From the IMG/VR virus record IMGVR_UViG_3300011258_000941: 20,000 nt of DNA. One strand, 5' to 3'. The translations under genes were made by a program, and so were the position numbers. Positions 9,726 through 16,926 of the stretch are shown piece by piece (position 1 is the first letter of the stretch; each line of letters starts with the position of its first letter). The notes under the pieces were generated by a model. That model worked only from the letters and a program-made list of their open reading frames with translations, was not told the DNA's origin and searched no databases. Source of the DNA: an uncultured virus (IMG/VR IMGVR_UViG_3300011258_000941) (taxonomy: Duplodnaviria > Heunggongvirae > Uroviricota > Caudoviricetes).

Positions 9726-10372
9726 TTACTTCGCACTACGCTCTATGGGCAAGCCTAAGCCCTGTAAAAATGCTACACTCTCGTTGTCGTTTAATAATTG
9801 GCGTTGCTCTTGTCTTTGCTTGCGACGAGCCGCCATACCTTTACCGTCAAATTTCTTCTTTGATTTTTGTGTAGCGTCGTTAATTTTATCGGACATATCC
9901 ATAGCAACCAATAAGTCAATTGTCATTTGCTCTTGACCGCCTTCGCAGTCGTACCTGTCCCATAATTCCGAGGGGAGCGTTCCCTTGTACGCCATGCAAA
10001 GCGTTGGGGCTACTCGGAAGAATTGTCCAAAGGGGGCGCACCATCCGGGTCATCCCCACGCACAAAGCCAAGAACCATTCGCAATTCTTCGCTTGTCAAT
10101 GAATCAATGTCAAAATCCTTTGGTTCAATAACACACTTAGGAATCCATGCTTTAATTTGGTCTTCCATACCTGCGCCTTCTTTTTCCAAAGCGTCAGCAA
10201 ATGTTTTTTGTTGTTCGGCAGTCCATTCGGTTGTGTCCAAACCGAAGTGCATATGGTCGCGAAAAACTCTTGCTTGGATATTTTCAATCCGAAGTTTAGT
10301 CATACCACCTGCTTGTCGGCAGGTGATTTTTGTTCCATCGTCTAATTCAAACTCTTTCTTCAATACGGGCAT
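9726..10372 (-). CDS. Tail assembly chaperone, frameshifted GT form (~215 aa, -1 shift at 10028-10034)
   Basis: -1 slip at C CCT TTG continues GQFFRVAPTLC-MAYKGTLPSELWDRY... into the 9726..9995 ORF, whose own ATG lacks an RBS-like motif. Lies between tail tube and TMP like lambda G/GT. Confidence 0.85.
9966..10034 (-). promoter_or_regulatory. Programmed -1 ribosomal frameshift signal (slippery heptamer plus downstream RNA structure)
   Basis: X XXY YYZ heptamer C CCT TTG at 10034-10028 in the correct phase; 8-nt spacer; TTCCGAG (10019-10013) is exactly complementary to CTCGGAA (9972-9966). Confidence 0.8.
10010..10372 (-). CDS. Tail assembly chaperone G, 120 aa
   Basis: Acidic 120-aa ORF with RBS GAGAAGTGA, between tail tube and TMP genes, with a slippery heptamer just before its stop. 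Confidence 0.85.
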   Translation of the reverse strand: MPVLKKEFELDDGTKITCRQAGGMTKLRIENIQARVFRDHMHFGLDTTEWTAEQQKTFADALEKEGAGMEDQIKAWIPKCVIEPKDFDIDSLTSEELRMVLGFVRGDDPDGAPPLDNSSE

Positions 10373-10412
10373 ATATCTTTCACTTCTCTTTCCTTTTAGG
10401 GGAATACTATTC

Positions 10413-10607
10413 TCATGCTATGATAGCAACAACCGTACAGGTTATGTGGTTGCTATCCTTCTTTCTTGTTGTTGAGCAATTGATGATAACATCATCATTT
10501 GCTATTGCGGCCCGTAGAGCCGTTTGCACTGCGGCGGCAGTACCTTCAAAATGCAAAACATTTAGTTTTGTTTTGTCGGGAATTACTGTTCCACCATTAT
10601 TAGCCAT
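10413..10607 (-). CDS. Small hypothetical protein, 64 aa
   Basis: RBS GAGGTG 5 nt upstream of ATG; fills the gap between tail tube and chaperone; beta-alpha-beta-beta pattern by eye. Confidence 0.8.
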   Translation of the reverse strand: MANNGGTVIPDKTKLNVLHFEGTAAAVQTALRAAIANDDVIINCSTTRKKDSNHITCTVVAIIA

Positions 10608-10616
10608 TTAAACACC

Positions 10617-11615
10617 TCAGTATGCGGATGATTGGGCATTTCGCAAAGTAATATCCATCATTTTGCTATCATCGGGGCTGAAAAGAGCAACAAAGGGAAC
10701 AGTCATGGTTTGTGTGTCACGACCGGAAACATTTGCGTCGGGTGCTTCAAAGCGAATTTTGTAAAAGTTAAATGTTAGAACATCTGCAACGGTTTCGTCG
10801 CCAAACTGAACCTTCAATTCAATTCCACTACCGGACAATTCCAATCCATCAGCCTCAATCAATTGAGAGTAAGCGGGTTCATCAACCGGCCCTGCCGTAG
10901 CAGGTAGTACATTGTTAATAATCTTGTTAAACTCAATTGTTCCGGTAACTTCACGGCGTTGGAATGGTGGCGCACGAACATATGTTGCATCACCAAGTCC
11001 ACAAGCGTTGTCTCCATCACGGTTCATGTTAATGTCAAAGGAAATTGACTTTACAAGGTTAGAAGCCGTTGCGTTGCTGTTAAAGAAAACCTTTGCATCC
11101 GAGAAATACAAAGCATCATTTGTGTTAAAAGAAGGAGTTGCGAGGGCGGCTACTGCGCTTTCTGCTTTACCCATAAAGGATGCTGAAACCATAGCGTACT
11201 CATTTAGATTTGCACTGACTGAAAGACTGTCCACAACAACACCTGTGTAGGTGTGTTGCTTTTCTTCACGACCTACTTTCATGGTAAAAGAACGGTCTGT
11301 TCCTGCTTCGGTGTAAACATGGGGATAAAGACCGGATGCAACAGTACCCACTGTGTCGGTTGGAAAAAGACCTGTTAGAACAAGCCCTGTAAAGTTATCA
11401 GCAAGCATAGCCATGTTAATGTCGCCTTCGGAATACTCTTTTCCTGTGTTTGACTTGGCCGCACCATATCGGCTCATGTCGGTTCGTTGTAGCACATCAT
11501 AGTTGTGCTTCATAGATTCGTCATCAACCTCTCCATAAACATAGGCTGAACCGGGGTCGGTTCCATAGGTTGATTCTTTAACAAGTCCGACATATCTGTT
11601 TGTAAATCCACTCAT
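10617..11615 (-). CDS. Major tail (tube) protein, ~332 aa
   Basis: N-terminal RYVGLVKESTYGTDP, central SFTMKVG...YTGVVVDSLSVS...ASFMGK and C-terminal RREVTGTIEF...FEAPDANVSGRD...TVPFVA are typical of siphovirus tube proteins. Start moved to ATG 11615 after GAGAAGTGA. Confidence 0.9.
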   Translation of the reverse strand: MSGFTNRYVGLVKESTYGTDPGSAYVYGEVDDESMKHNYDVLQRTDMSRYGAAKSNTGKEYSEGDINMAMLADNFTGLVLTGLFPTDTVGTVASGLYPHVYTEAGTDRSFTMKVGREEKQHTYTGVVVDSLSVSANLNEYAMVSASFMGKAESAVAALATPSFNTNDALYFSDAKVFFNSNATASNLVKSISFDINMNRDGDNACGLGDATYVRAPPFQRREVTGTIEFNKIINNVLPATAGPVDEPAYSQLIEADGLELSGSGIELKVQFGDETVADVLTFNFYKIRFEAPDANVSGRDTQTMTVPFVALFSPDDSKMMDITLRNAQSSAY

Positions 11616-11654
11616 AGTAATCACTTCTCGGTGTTTACACTACCAATGCGTTGT

Positions 11655-11662
11655 TATTTAAG
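11655..11662 (-). promoter_or_regulatory. Candidate archaeal-type TATA box (CTTAAATA) upstream of the tail tube gene
   Basis: Lies in one of the few real intergenic gaps (11616-11667), about 40 nt upstream of the tube ATG and upstream of its RBS. Confidence 0.35.
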
Positions 11663-11667
11663 CATTC

Positions 11668-12723
11668 TCAACGATGACGCATATTTAAGCGGCGCATATA
11701 AGTTAGCGTCAATAAATGTGTGCAAATTGTGACTTCATCATCTAATCGGGACTGCAATTCTAATTGGTACTCATACAAACTATCAGTTGTTCCATTTAGA
11801 CCTGTTGTGGTGTATAACTCATCAAAGCATTCTCCTAAAATGTTCAACCCTAATCGGTAAGCATCTTCATAGGTTGTACCCCTTGTTGTGACATAGATGA
11901 GAACATCGTATTCTTGGTCAATACGACCGCCTCCAAGAGCCGCAAAGGTAGGTGACCCTAATCCACGCAATAAGACATGAATAAAGGGCGGAATTGAGCG
12001 TGTAAGCATTTCTTGGGATATGTCATAACCATAACGAATTGACCCTGCATCTAAGTGTGTTTTCAAATGCGCCCTTCGGCTATTCCTTAAACTTTCAACA
12101 ATTGATAGACCCATACGAAGCAAAGTGTCGGTAGCCAAGTCGGAAGGGGCCAATTCAAGGGGAGAGAATGCTCCCATGTCGGTCATGTAAACGGAAGCCC
12201 ACTTAACCGTACCTGTGTTGTTTCCCCAAGCCACATTTCGGCTTGAGCCTGTTGCACCTGCTACGCTTAGGTAAGCCGTTTGTGCGTCATCATCCTCAAT
12301 AATTTCACGCAAGTACAAACGAGCGTTGCCCGAAGCATCAAGAGTCAAGCGCAACGAAAGGGGAACGGGGTTATCTTCCGCCATTGAAATGTCTAAGTCA
12401 TCACTTGTAACAGTCGTTGCACCGACAAGTTTTACTTTTTGTCCAAAGGCTTTTACTTCCACTTTTTTAGAACCGTTATCAAGGGAAAGCAATACTTCGT
12501 CATTATCGGGTACTCCTGTGTATTGTATAACGGTAAAAATAGTATATTCGTTTGTTGTTGGTGTGACATTGTAGCGAGCATCAGTGACTACCCAATACTT
12601 GTCCACTTCGCTTGCACCGCTTCCTGTTGCACTCCAAGCAGTATTGTTTTCACCTGTCGGACTTGTTGGGTCTTCACCGTTTAGTCGGTGGTTCCAAAAT
12701 TCTTCTGTCTTTGCTATCGTCAT
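11668..12723 (-). CDS. Tail terminator/completion protein with an N-terminal beta-rich extension, 351 aa
   Basis: Immediately upstream of the tube gene; C-terminal ~150 aa (PFIHVLL...YDVLIYVTTRG...AYRLGLNILGECFDEL...HLLTLTY) has the lambda gpU/SPP1 gp17-like pattern; N-terminal ~195 aa is beta-strand rich. Confidence 0.7.
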   Translation of the reverse strand: MTIAKTEEFWNHRLNGEDPTSPTGENNTAWSATGSGASEVDKYWVVTDARYNVTPTTNEYTIFTVIQYTGVPDNDEVLLSLDNGSKKVEVKAFGQKVKLVGATTVTSDDLDISMAEDNPVPLSLRLTLDASGNARLYLREIIEDDDAQTAYLSVAGATGSSRNVAWGNNTGTVKWASVYMTDMGAFSPLELAPSDLATDTLLRMGLSIVESLRNSRRAHLKTHLDAGSIRYGYDISQEMLTRSIPPFIHVLLRGLGSPTFAALGGGRIDQEYDVLIYVTTRGTTYEDAYRLGLNILGECFDELYTTTGLNGTTDSLYEYQLELQSRLDDEVTICTHLLTLTYMRRLNMRHR

Positions 12724-13364
12724 TACTCTAACTTCCTTTTCATGCTTCTTTTTACTGCGGTATCTATTCTCGCATCAAAAATTCTCATGGCGAAATCTAT
12801 GTAGTCTGCACCAATAATACCTAAAAATTCTGCTTGTCCTGTTCCTTTACCGGCGTACCATGCTGAATTACCATGCTTAGTCTTAACTTGACGGCTATGT
12901 TCCTGCGCCCCACTTGATTTCCAAGAGAATGTTCTTGGGCTTATGCCTTCTTCAACGGCCCAACCAATGTTAAATGTCCCTCCGTTATCATCGGGACTTG
13001 TATGAACACCAAAACCAATTTCACCGTTTCTTTTATCCGGCCCACGGCTACCAAACATGGCTTCAATTGTTACTTCATTATCAGTAATTTTAATTGATTT
13101 TCTTCTTTCAGCACTTTGAGTATAATCCAACGAATCGGCTACCTTTTTTGCTTGTGGGGTGTGTGCTACCCTACCACGCAAATATCTGTCCGTTCTATCT
13201 TTAGCGGCGGCAAAAGCAATTCCGCTACCTTCAAACATAGCGTCTGAAATATCTTTTTGCGCTTTATCCATAGCCCTATTAAATTCTCTCATATCAACGG
13301 AAATTTTAGTTTTTCCGCCACCACCACTGCTAACTATTCTGTCAGCAATACGAATAGGGCGCAT
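12723..13364 (-). CDS. Neck/tail-completion protein (HK97 gp10/Ne1-like), ~213 aa
   Basis: Basic protein between adaptor and terminator; N-terminal helix REFNRAMDKAQKDI, WAVEEG motif, C-terminal YIDFAMRIFDARIDTAVKRSMK helix; TGATG overlap with the upstream gene. Confidence 0.65.
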   Translation of the reverse strand: MRPIRIADRIVSSGGGGKTKISVDMREFNRAMDKAQKDISDAMFEGSGIAFAAAKDRTDRYLRGRVAHTPQAKKVADSLDYTQSAERRKSIKITDNEVTIEAMFGSRGPDKRNGEIGFGVHTSPDDNGGTFNIGWAVEEGISPRTFSWKSSGAQEHSRQVKTKHGNSAWYAGKGTGQAEFLGIIGADYIDFAMRIFDARIDTAVKRSMKRKLE

Positions 13365-13900
13365 CAATCAACACTTCCTAAGTGAGCCAACCTCTTAAGG
13401 TTTTCAAATCCACGCTCTCTTAGGTTGTTGCCTCTAATGCTACCTTTGGTGTCAGCAGTTTGAAAAACCGCTTCGTCTTCAAGATAATACCCTGCGGCAA
13501 TATCAGCGCAAATTTCACGCAATACATGAGCAAACTCTCCTTCTTGAACAGTCACACCTGTTGCATGGTCAAAAGAAATACCCGTACAACCCGTAAGGTC
13601 ATTTGATGATTTTCCCGTCCAAGAGAATGAATCACCATCAATGTTTCCGTTTCCCGCAGTGGTAAATGAGGATGCGGAAGTTAATGTAATCGTTGTTGCA
13701 CCCGCACTAATAGAGCCGTTAAGTGTTGTTTCCGCAATACTTTTACTCGGAACATCTCGCCCGTAATCACGAAACATTTGGTCAATATCAATCGTAGCCC
13801 GACGAATAACACTTGTTAGTCGGGATGCGGCTCTTGTGCGCTGTGCGCTATCAAGAGCAAGGCGTGAACCTACATCGGAAGTGGTGCAATAGTAAACCAT
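13364..13900 (-). CDS. Head-tail adaptor (Mu gp36/DUF1320-like) with an inserted ~65-aa beta domain, 178 aa
   Basis: YCTTSDV...VIRRATIDIDQMF...[insert]...VLREICADIAAGYYL...FENLKRLAHLG matches the gp36-type pattern; ATG 13900 overlaps the previous stop (TGATG). Confidence 0.75.
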   Translation of the reverse strand: MVYYCTTSDVGSRLALDSAQRTRAASRLTSVIRRATIDIDQMFRDYGRDVPSKSIAETTLNGSISAGATTITLTSASSFTTAGNGNIDGDSFSWTGKSSNDLTGCTGISFDHATGVTVQEGEFAHVLREICADIAAGYYLEDEAVFQTADTKGSIRGNNLRERGFENLKRLAHLGSVD

Positions 13901-14052
13901 CACATCACACCCTGCACATCAACGCCAAGCGAAGCGAACAGGGCAATTGCGGCGTACTTTAGGTACTTCGCCATCGTGGACAATTCAAGAACCGCTTGCT
14001 CAAGCAAACGGGTTCTTTCTTCCAACGAATCTATTCGCTCATCGGGACTCAT
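13900..14052 (-). CDS. Small coiled-coil plus hydrophobic-tail protein, 50 aa (XhlA-like architecture); not in ORF track
   Basis: MSPDERIDSLEERTRLLEQAVLELSTMAKYLKYAAIALFASLGVDVQGVM*; coupled by ATGA upstream and TGATG downstream. Confidence 0.7.
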   Translation of the reverse strand: MSPDERIDSLEERTRLLEQAVLELSTMAKYLKYAAIALFASLGVDVQGVM

Positions 14053-14255
14053 TCTTCTTCGCCACCTAATTTGTCTTTAACATCTTTGATGGTGTCAATG
14101 ACTTCTTCTACACCGTCCACGATTTCGTCGGCGGTAATTTTACCATCAGCGTTAATCTTACGCCAAAAAGCCAACAAACGCTTACCTGCATATGCAATAA
14201 TTAAAATATCAACGATAACAGCAGTTATAATAAATAGTATTGTTTCAATGTCCAT
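14049..14255 (-). CDS. Small membrane protein, 68 aa (holin-like candidate)
   Basis: N-terminal hydrophobic helix ILFIITAVIVDILIIAYAG, basic KR..RK patch, then an acidic tail containing NADGKITADE; ATG 14255 preferred over TTG 14264. Confidence 0.7.
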   Translation of the reverse strand: MDIETILFIITAVIVDILIIAYAGKRLLAFWRKINADGKITADEIVDGVEEVIDTIKDVKDKLGGEEE

Positions 14256-14260
14256 GTTTC

Positions 14261-14434
14261 TCAATCCTTACTGTATAATACTTCTTTGGTGGAAGATAGA
14301 GGAATGACTGTGAAATGACGCGTTTCCCCTATCCGATAAACCTTGTAGCCGTGGGGTGTCTCTTCAATGTTTACATTCGTATAGCATCTTTCGGGAGGTT
14401 GATACACAATTTTTCCTTTTCTTTTTTCACTCAT
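14261..14434 (-). CDS. Small hypothetical beta-rich protein, 57 aa
   Basis: MSEKRKGKIVYQPPERCYTNVNIEETPHGYKVYRIGETRHFTVIPLSSTKEVLYSKD; RBS AGGTGA upstream of ATG 14434. Confidence 0.7.
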   Translation of the reverse strand: MSEKRKGKIVYQPPERCYTNVNIEETPHGYKVYRIGETRHFTVIPLSSTKEVLYSKD

Positions 14435-14537
14435 TTTTTTCACCTGTTATCAAATCTTTTTTTTCTGTCTTTTCTTTTTTGTCAAGTTTTTTTGACTCAA
14501 CATCAAACCAAGCATCTAATAAATTACATCTTGTCAT
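14427..14537 (-). CDS. Charged microprotein, 36 aa; not in ORF track
   Basis: MTRCNLLDAWFDVESKKLDKKEKTEKKDLITGEKNE*; ATGA overlap with the upstream gene and 8-nt overlap with the downstream gene, filling the gap exactly. Confidence 0.55.
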   Translation of the reverse strand: MTRCNLLDAWFDVESKKLDKKEKTEKKDLITGEKNE

Positions 14538-14707
14538 TCTAACCAACCTTTTATTTCATCCGATGAGGGGACATTGGGGTATGTATCGCTAGGCCAAAGG
14601 GCTTCATTGACCCTGTATTCGCCACTTCCCGATATGTGGATAATGGGTAGTATTTCCATAGCATCCCAATCATGGTCGGGGTATCGTGTTTTTAATTGTG
14701 TTAGCAT
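14534..14707 (-). CDS. Small fibre-associated protein, 57 aa (XkdW-like pattern); not in ORF track
   Basis: MLTQLKTRYPDHDWDAMEILPIIHISGSGEYRVNEALWPSDTYPNVPSSDEIKGWLE*; TGATG-coupled to the fibre gene; L..RYP...W...PS..EI..W pattern as in small proteins that follow fibre genes. Confidence 0.7.
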   Translation of the reverse strand: MLTQLKTRYPDHDWDAMEILPIIHISGSGEYRVNEALWPSDTYPNVPSSDEIKGWLE

Positions 14708-16923
14708 CAATTAACCCTCCTTACATCAAGAAATGTTCGGATTTCGGGGCCAACAATTGTTCCGCCGACTTGGTAGGTGTTTCCTCCACCCTTAAATACG
14801 CTAAAATAAACCGTGTCCCCTGTCGTCAAATAAACCGTGGTTGAACCGTTGCCTGTGTAGCGGTCAATGTATGATGTCCTATTGCGGAAAGAAAGCAAGT
14901 CGCCGGTAAGCGATGAAGTGCTTGAAATTGTTATGCGATAGTCGGCTTGAGAAGTTCCAAGTGAGGCTATGAACGCCACAAAATTAAAGTCATACAGCCC
15001 ATCTTCTAAAATGTCAATATGAGTACCTGTTAAATTGACGGCCCAAGAGGTCAAAGTTGTGCCGTAGGTAGGGACTAAGGTAGCACCCGAAGTACCGAAT
15101 GTAAGTTGTGTTGTTACTCCGTTGGCGATAGTTCCTGTGTCGCTAGCAAGCGCATATTTTTCGTATTGGAGGACTGCTGATTTTACTGAGCCGTTAGCCA
15201 TTAAAAACTCAGTTGAAGTACCTCCACTTTTAATAAATTCTGTGGAGGTTGTTGTTCCTGCTACCGTTATGTCTGTTGAACCATTCGCAATAGTAATAGC
15301 CGTCGCCCCACTACTTGAACCCGTTCCCGTTCCTAACTTTAGACCATCATTGTAAGCGTAAAGATAACCGCCACCATCAATTATTATTTCTTTATTGAAA
15401 TAAAAACGGCTTCGGTCTGTTTGAATGTGACAATACCCGCTATTATTTGGGCCTATTTGCACATAGCCGTCATTAGTGCGGATTTGAAACATATTGGTTG
15501 TTCCTCCCGATTCACCGATGCGAACCTTATCATCGGTAGCGGGGTCAGCAGGAACGGCATTAAGCGTAATTGTTGTTGCCTCAATCTCACCTGTCATTGT
15601 ACCTCCGGCCTTTGGTAAAGCACCGTCAATTTTAGCAAGCGTTGTATTGGCTAATTTATCATCATTAACTGAATCATTAGCAATAGTAGCGGCTACTGAA
15701 CCGGAGCCGCTTGCTGTTACATCACCTGTAAGAGCAGTGATACCAGCACTACCACCGACTTCGCTTGAACCGTGATATAATTTGTTGTTGTCACCACTGT
15801 TAAGCCAAAGAGTGTTTGCGGTCACACCACCCGGATTTGAACCAACGGGATTTAACTCAAGTCCTGTTGGGTCAATCAATCCGTCCACATCTAATTTTCC
15901 GGTAATATGAAAATTACCATTTACTTTAGGCATTGGGCCGGAAGCGTGGCGTGGACTTCGGTAAATACCTTGTGATATTTGACTAAATGACCATGTACCT
16001 CTAATCTTAGGAGTTTGTATGCTTCGTATATCGGCTCCTTGTGAAATAGCATCAACCGGCCCCTTCAAAACTACTCCATCGCCAATTTCAAATTCTTCAA
16101 CGGATATAAATGTATTATCAGCCATTAAACATTTATGTCCTGCCGTATTTGCCTTTAAAACAATTTTACGATGATATGCAGTAAAGCCGGTAGGATAACC
16201 CGAAGCCCCTTCTGTGGGAATGTAAAATCCACCACTTGTTGCGTAGTATTCAGCAGTGGCTAAACCAAAATCAAGTGTTGTTTCCGTTGTTGTAAACGCT
16301 TGCATTGAAAATACTTTTAGCCTATCATTATCTACCAAATCACCATCGGGAGCAAATGTGATTGTGCTACCACTTCCACCATCATTTAATGCAAGAGAAA
16401 CAAAAGATGCCTTGCCGCTTGTACCTGTGGGTGCTACATAATCGGGTGCAAATTTTCCTTCTCCTAATGTGACGGTAGGGTGTGGCCCATCGTCAAACTT
16501 TGTAACTTGTGTTCCATCACCATAAAAGTTAAAGTCAAAACCTGTTGTAACGGCATTATCACCTAAAAGAACAAATCTTTCAGCATATGATTTGTATGTA
16601 CCATAAAAATTAGGGGATGAACCAATTTGAAATTCTATCCTTGTTGCGCCGCCGCTTGGGGTTAATGTTCCATCAAGAAAAAGACCTTTAATCCGAGGTA
16701 CAGTAGAAAAGGATAATGTTTGAGAAAAACCGGATTCAACAATAATTTCATCTACGGATAAAGTAGTTCCTCCGGGAATGGGAATGTCCCAAACACAATT
16801 TCCTGCGGCGGGAGTGTCAAAAAGAGCAACATCACCTGCGGCGGGTACAGCAATAGGCGGTAGCCAATTATTTGCATTGTTAGCACTTGTGCTTATTGCG
16901 CCTATCCATGTAATTGTAGCCAT
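14707..16923 (-). CDS. Mosaic fibre/spike protein with a probable C-terminal C1q/TNF-like head, 738 aa
   Basis: Gly/Thr/Ser-rich; fibre motifs DSVNDDKLA, ALPKAGGTMTG, GYVQIGPNNSGYCHIQTDRSRFYFNK, FIKSGGTSTEFLMANGSV; C-terminal IDILEDGLYDFNF...TTVYLTTGDTVYFSV resembles gC1q. Confidence 0.8.
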   Translation of the reverse strand: MATITWIGAISTSANNANNWLPPIAVPAAGDVALFDTPAAGNCVWDIPIPGGTTLSVDEIIVESGFSQTLSFSTVPRIKGLFLDGTLTPSGGATRIEFQIGSSPNFYGTYKSYAERFVLLGDNAVTTGFDFNFYGDGTQVTKFDDGPHPTVTLGEGKFAPDYVAPTGTSGKASFVSLALNDGGSGSTITFAPDGDLVDNDRLKVFSMQAFTTTETTLDFGLATAEYYATSGGFYIPTEGASGYPTGFTAYHRKIVLKANTAGHKCLMADNTFISVEEFEIGDGVVLKGPVDAISQGADIRSIQTPKIRGTWSFSQISQGIYRSPRHASGPMPKVNGNFHITGKLDVDGLIDPTGLELNPVGSNPGGVTANTLWLNSGDNNKLYHGSSEVGGSAGITALTGDVTASGSGSVAATIANDSVNDDKLANTTLAKIDGALPKAGGTMTGEIEATTITLNAVPADPATDDKVRIGESGGTTNMFQIRTNDGYVQIGPNNSGYCHIQTDRSRFYFNKEIIIDGGGYLYAYNDGLKLGTGTGSSSGATAITIANGSTDITVAGTTTSTEFIKSGGTSTEFLMANGSVKSAVLQYEKYALASDTGTIANGVTTQLTFGTSGATLVPTYGTTLTSWAVNLTGTHIDILEDGLYDFNFVAFIASLGTSQADYRITISSTSSLTGDLLSFRNRTSYIDRYTGNGSTTVYLTTGDTVYFSVFKGGGNTYQVGGTIVGPEIRTFLDVRRVN

Positions 16924-16926
16924 TAT

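Noticed and set aside
9726..9995. 89-aa ORF as an independent gene
   Set aside because: No RBS before its ATG, and its frame is open back to the slippery site; treated as the T part of GT.
9920..10012. TAG readthrough or alternative genetic code at the chaperone stop
   Set aside because: The zero frame reaches TGA within about 30 codons, the downstream ORF is in the -1 frame, and TAA, TAG and TGA all act as normal stops in the window.
14427..14500. A-rich slippery-looking runs and a GTCAA/TTGAC inverted repeat
   Set aside because: The two -1 shifts tested (A AAA AAA and A AAA AAT) hit stops within a few codons; the hairpin is weak and has no downstream U-tract on the coding strand; explained by Lys/Glu codons.
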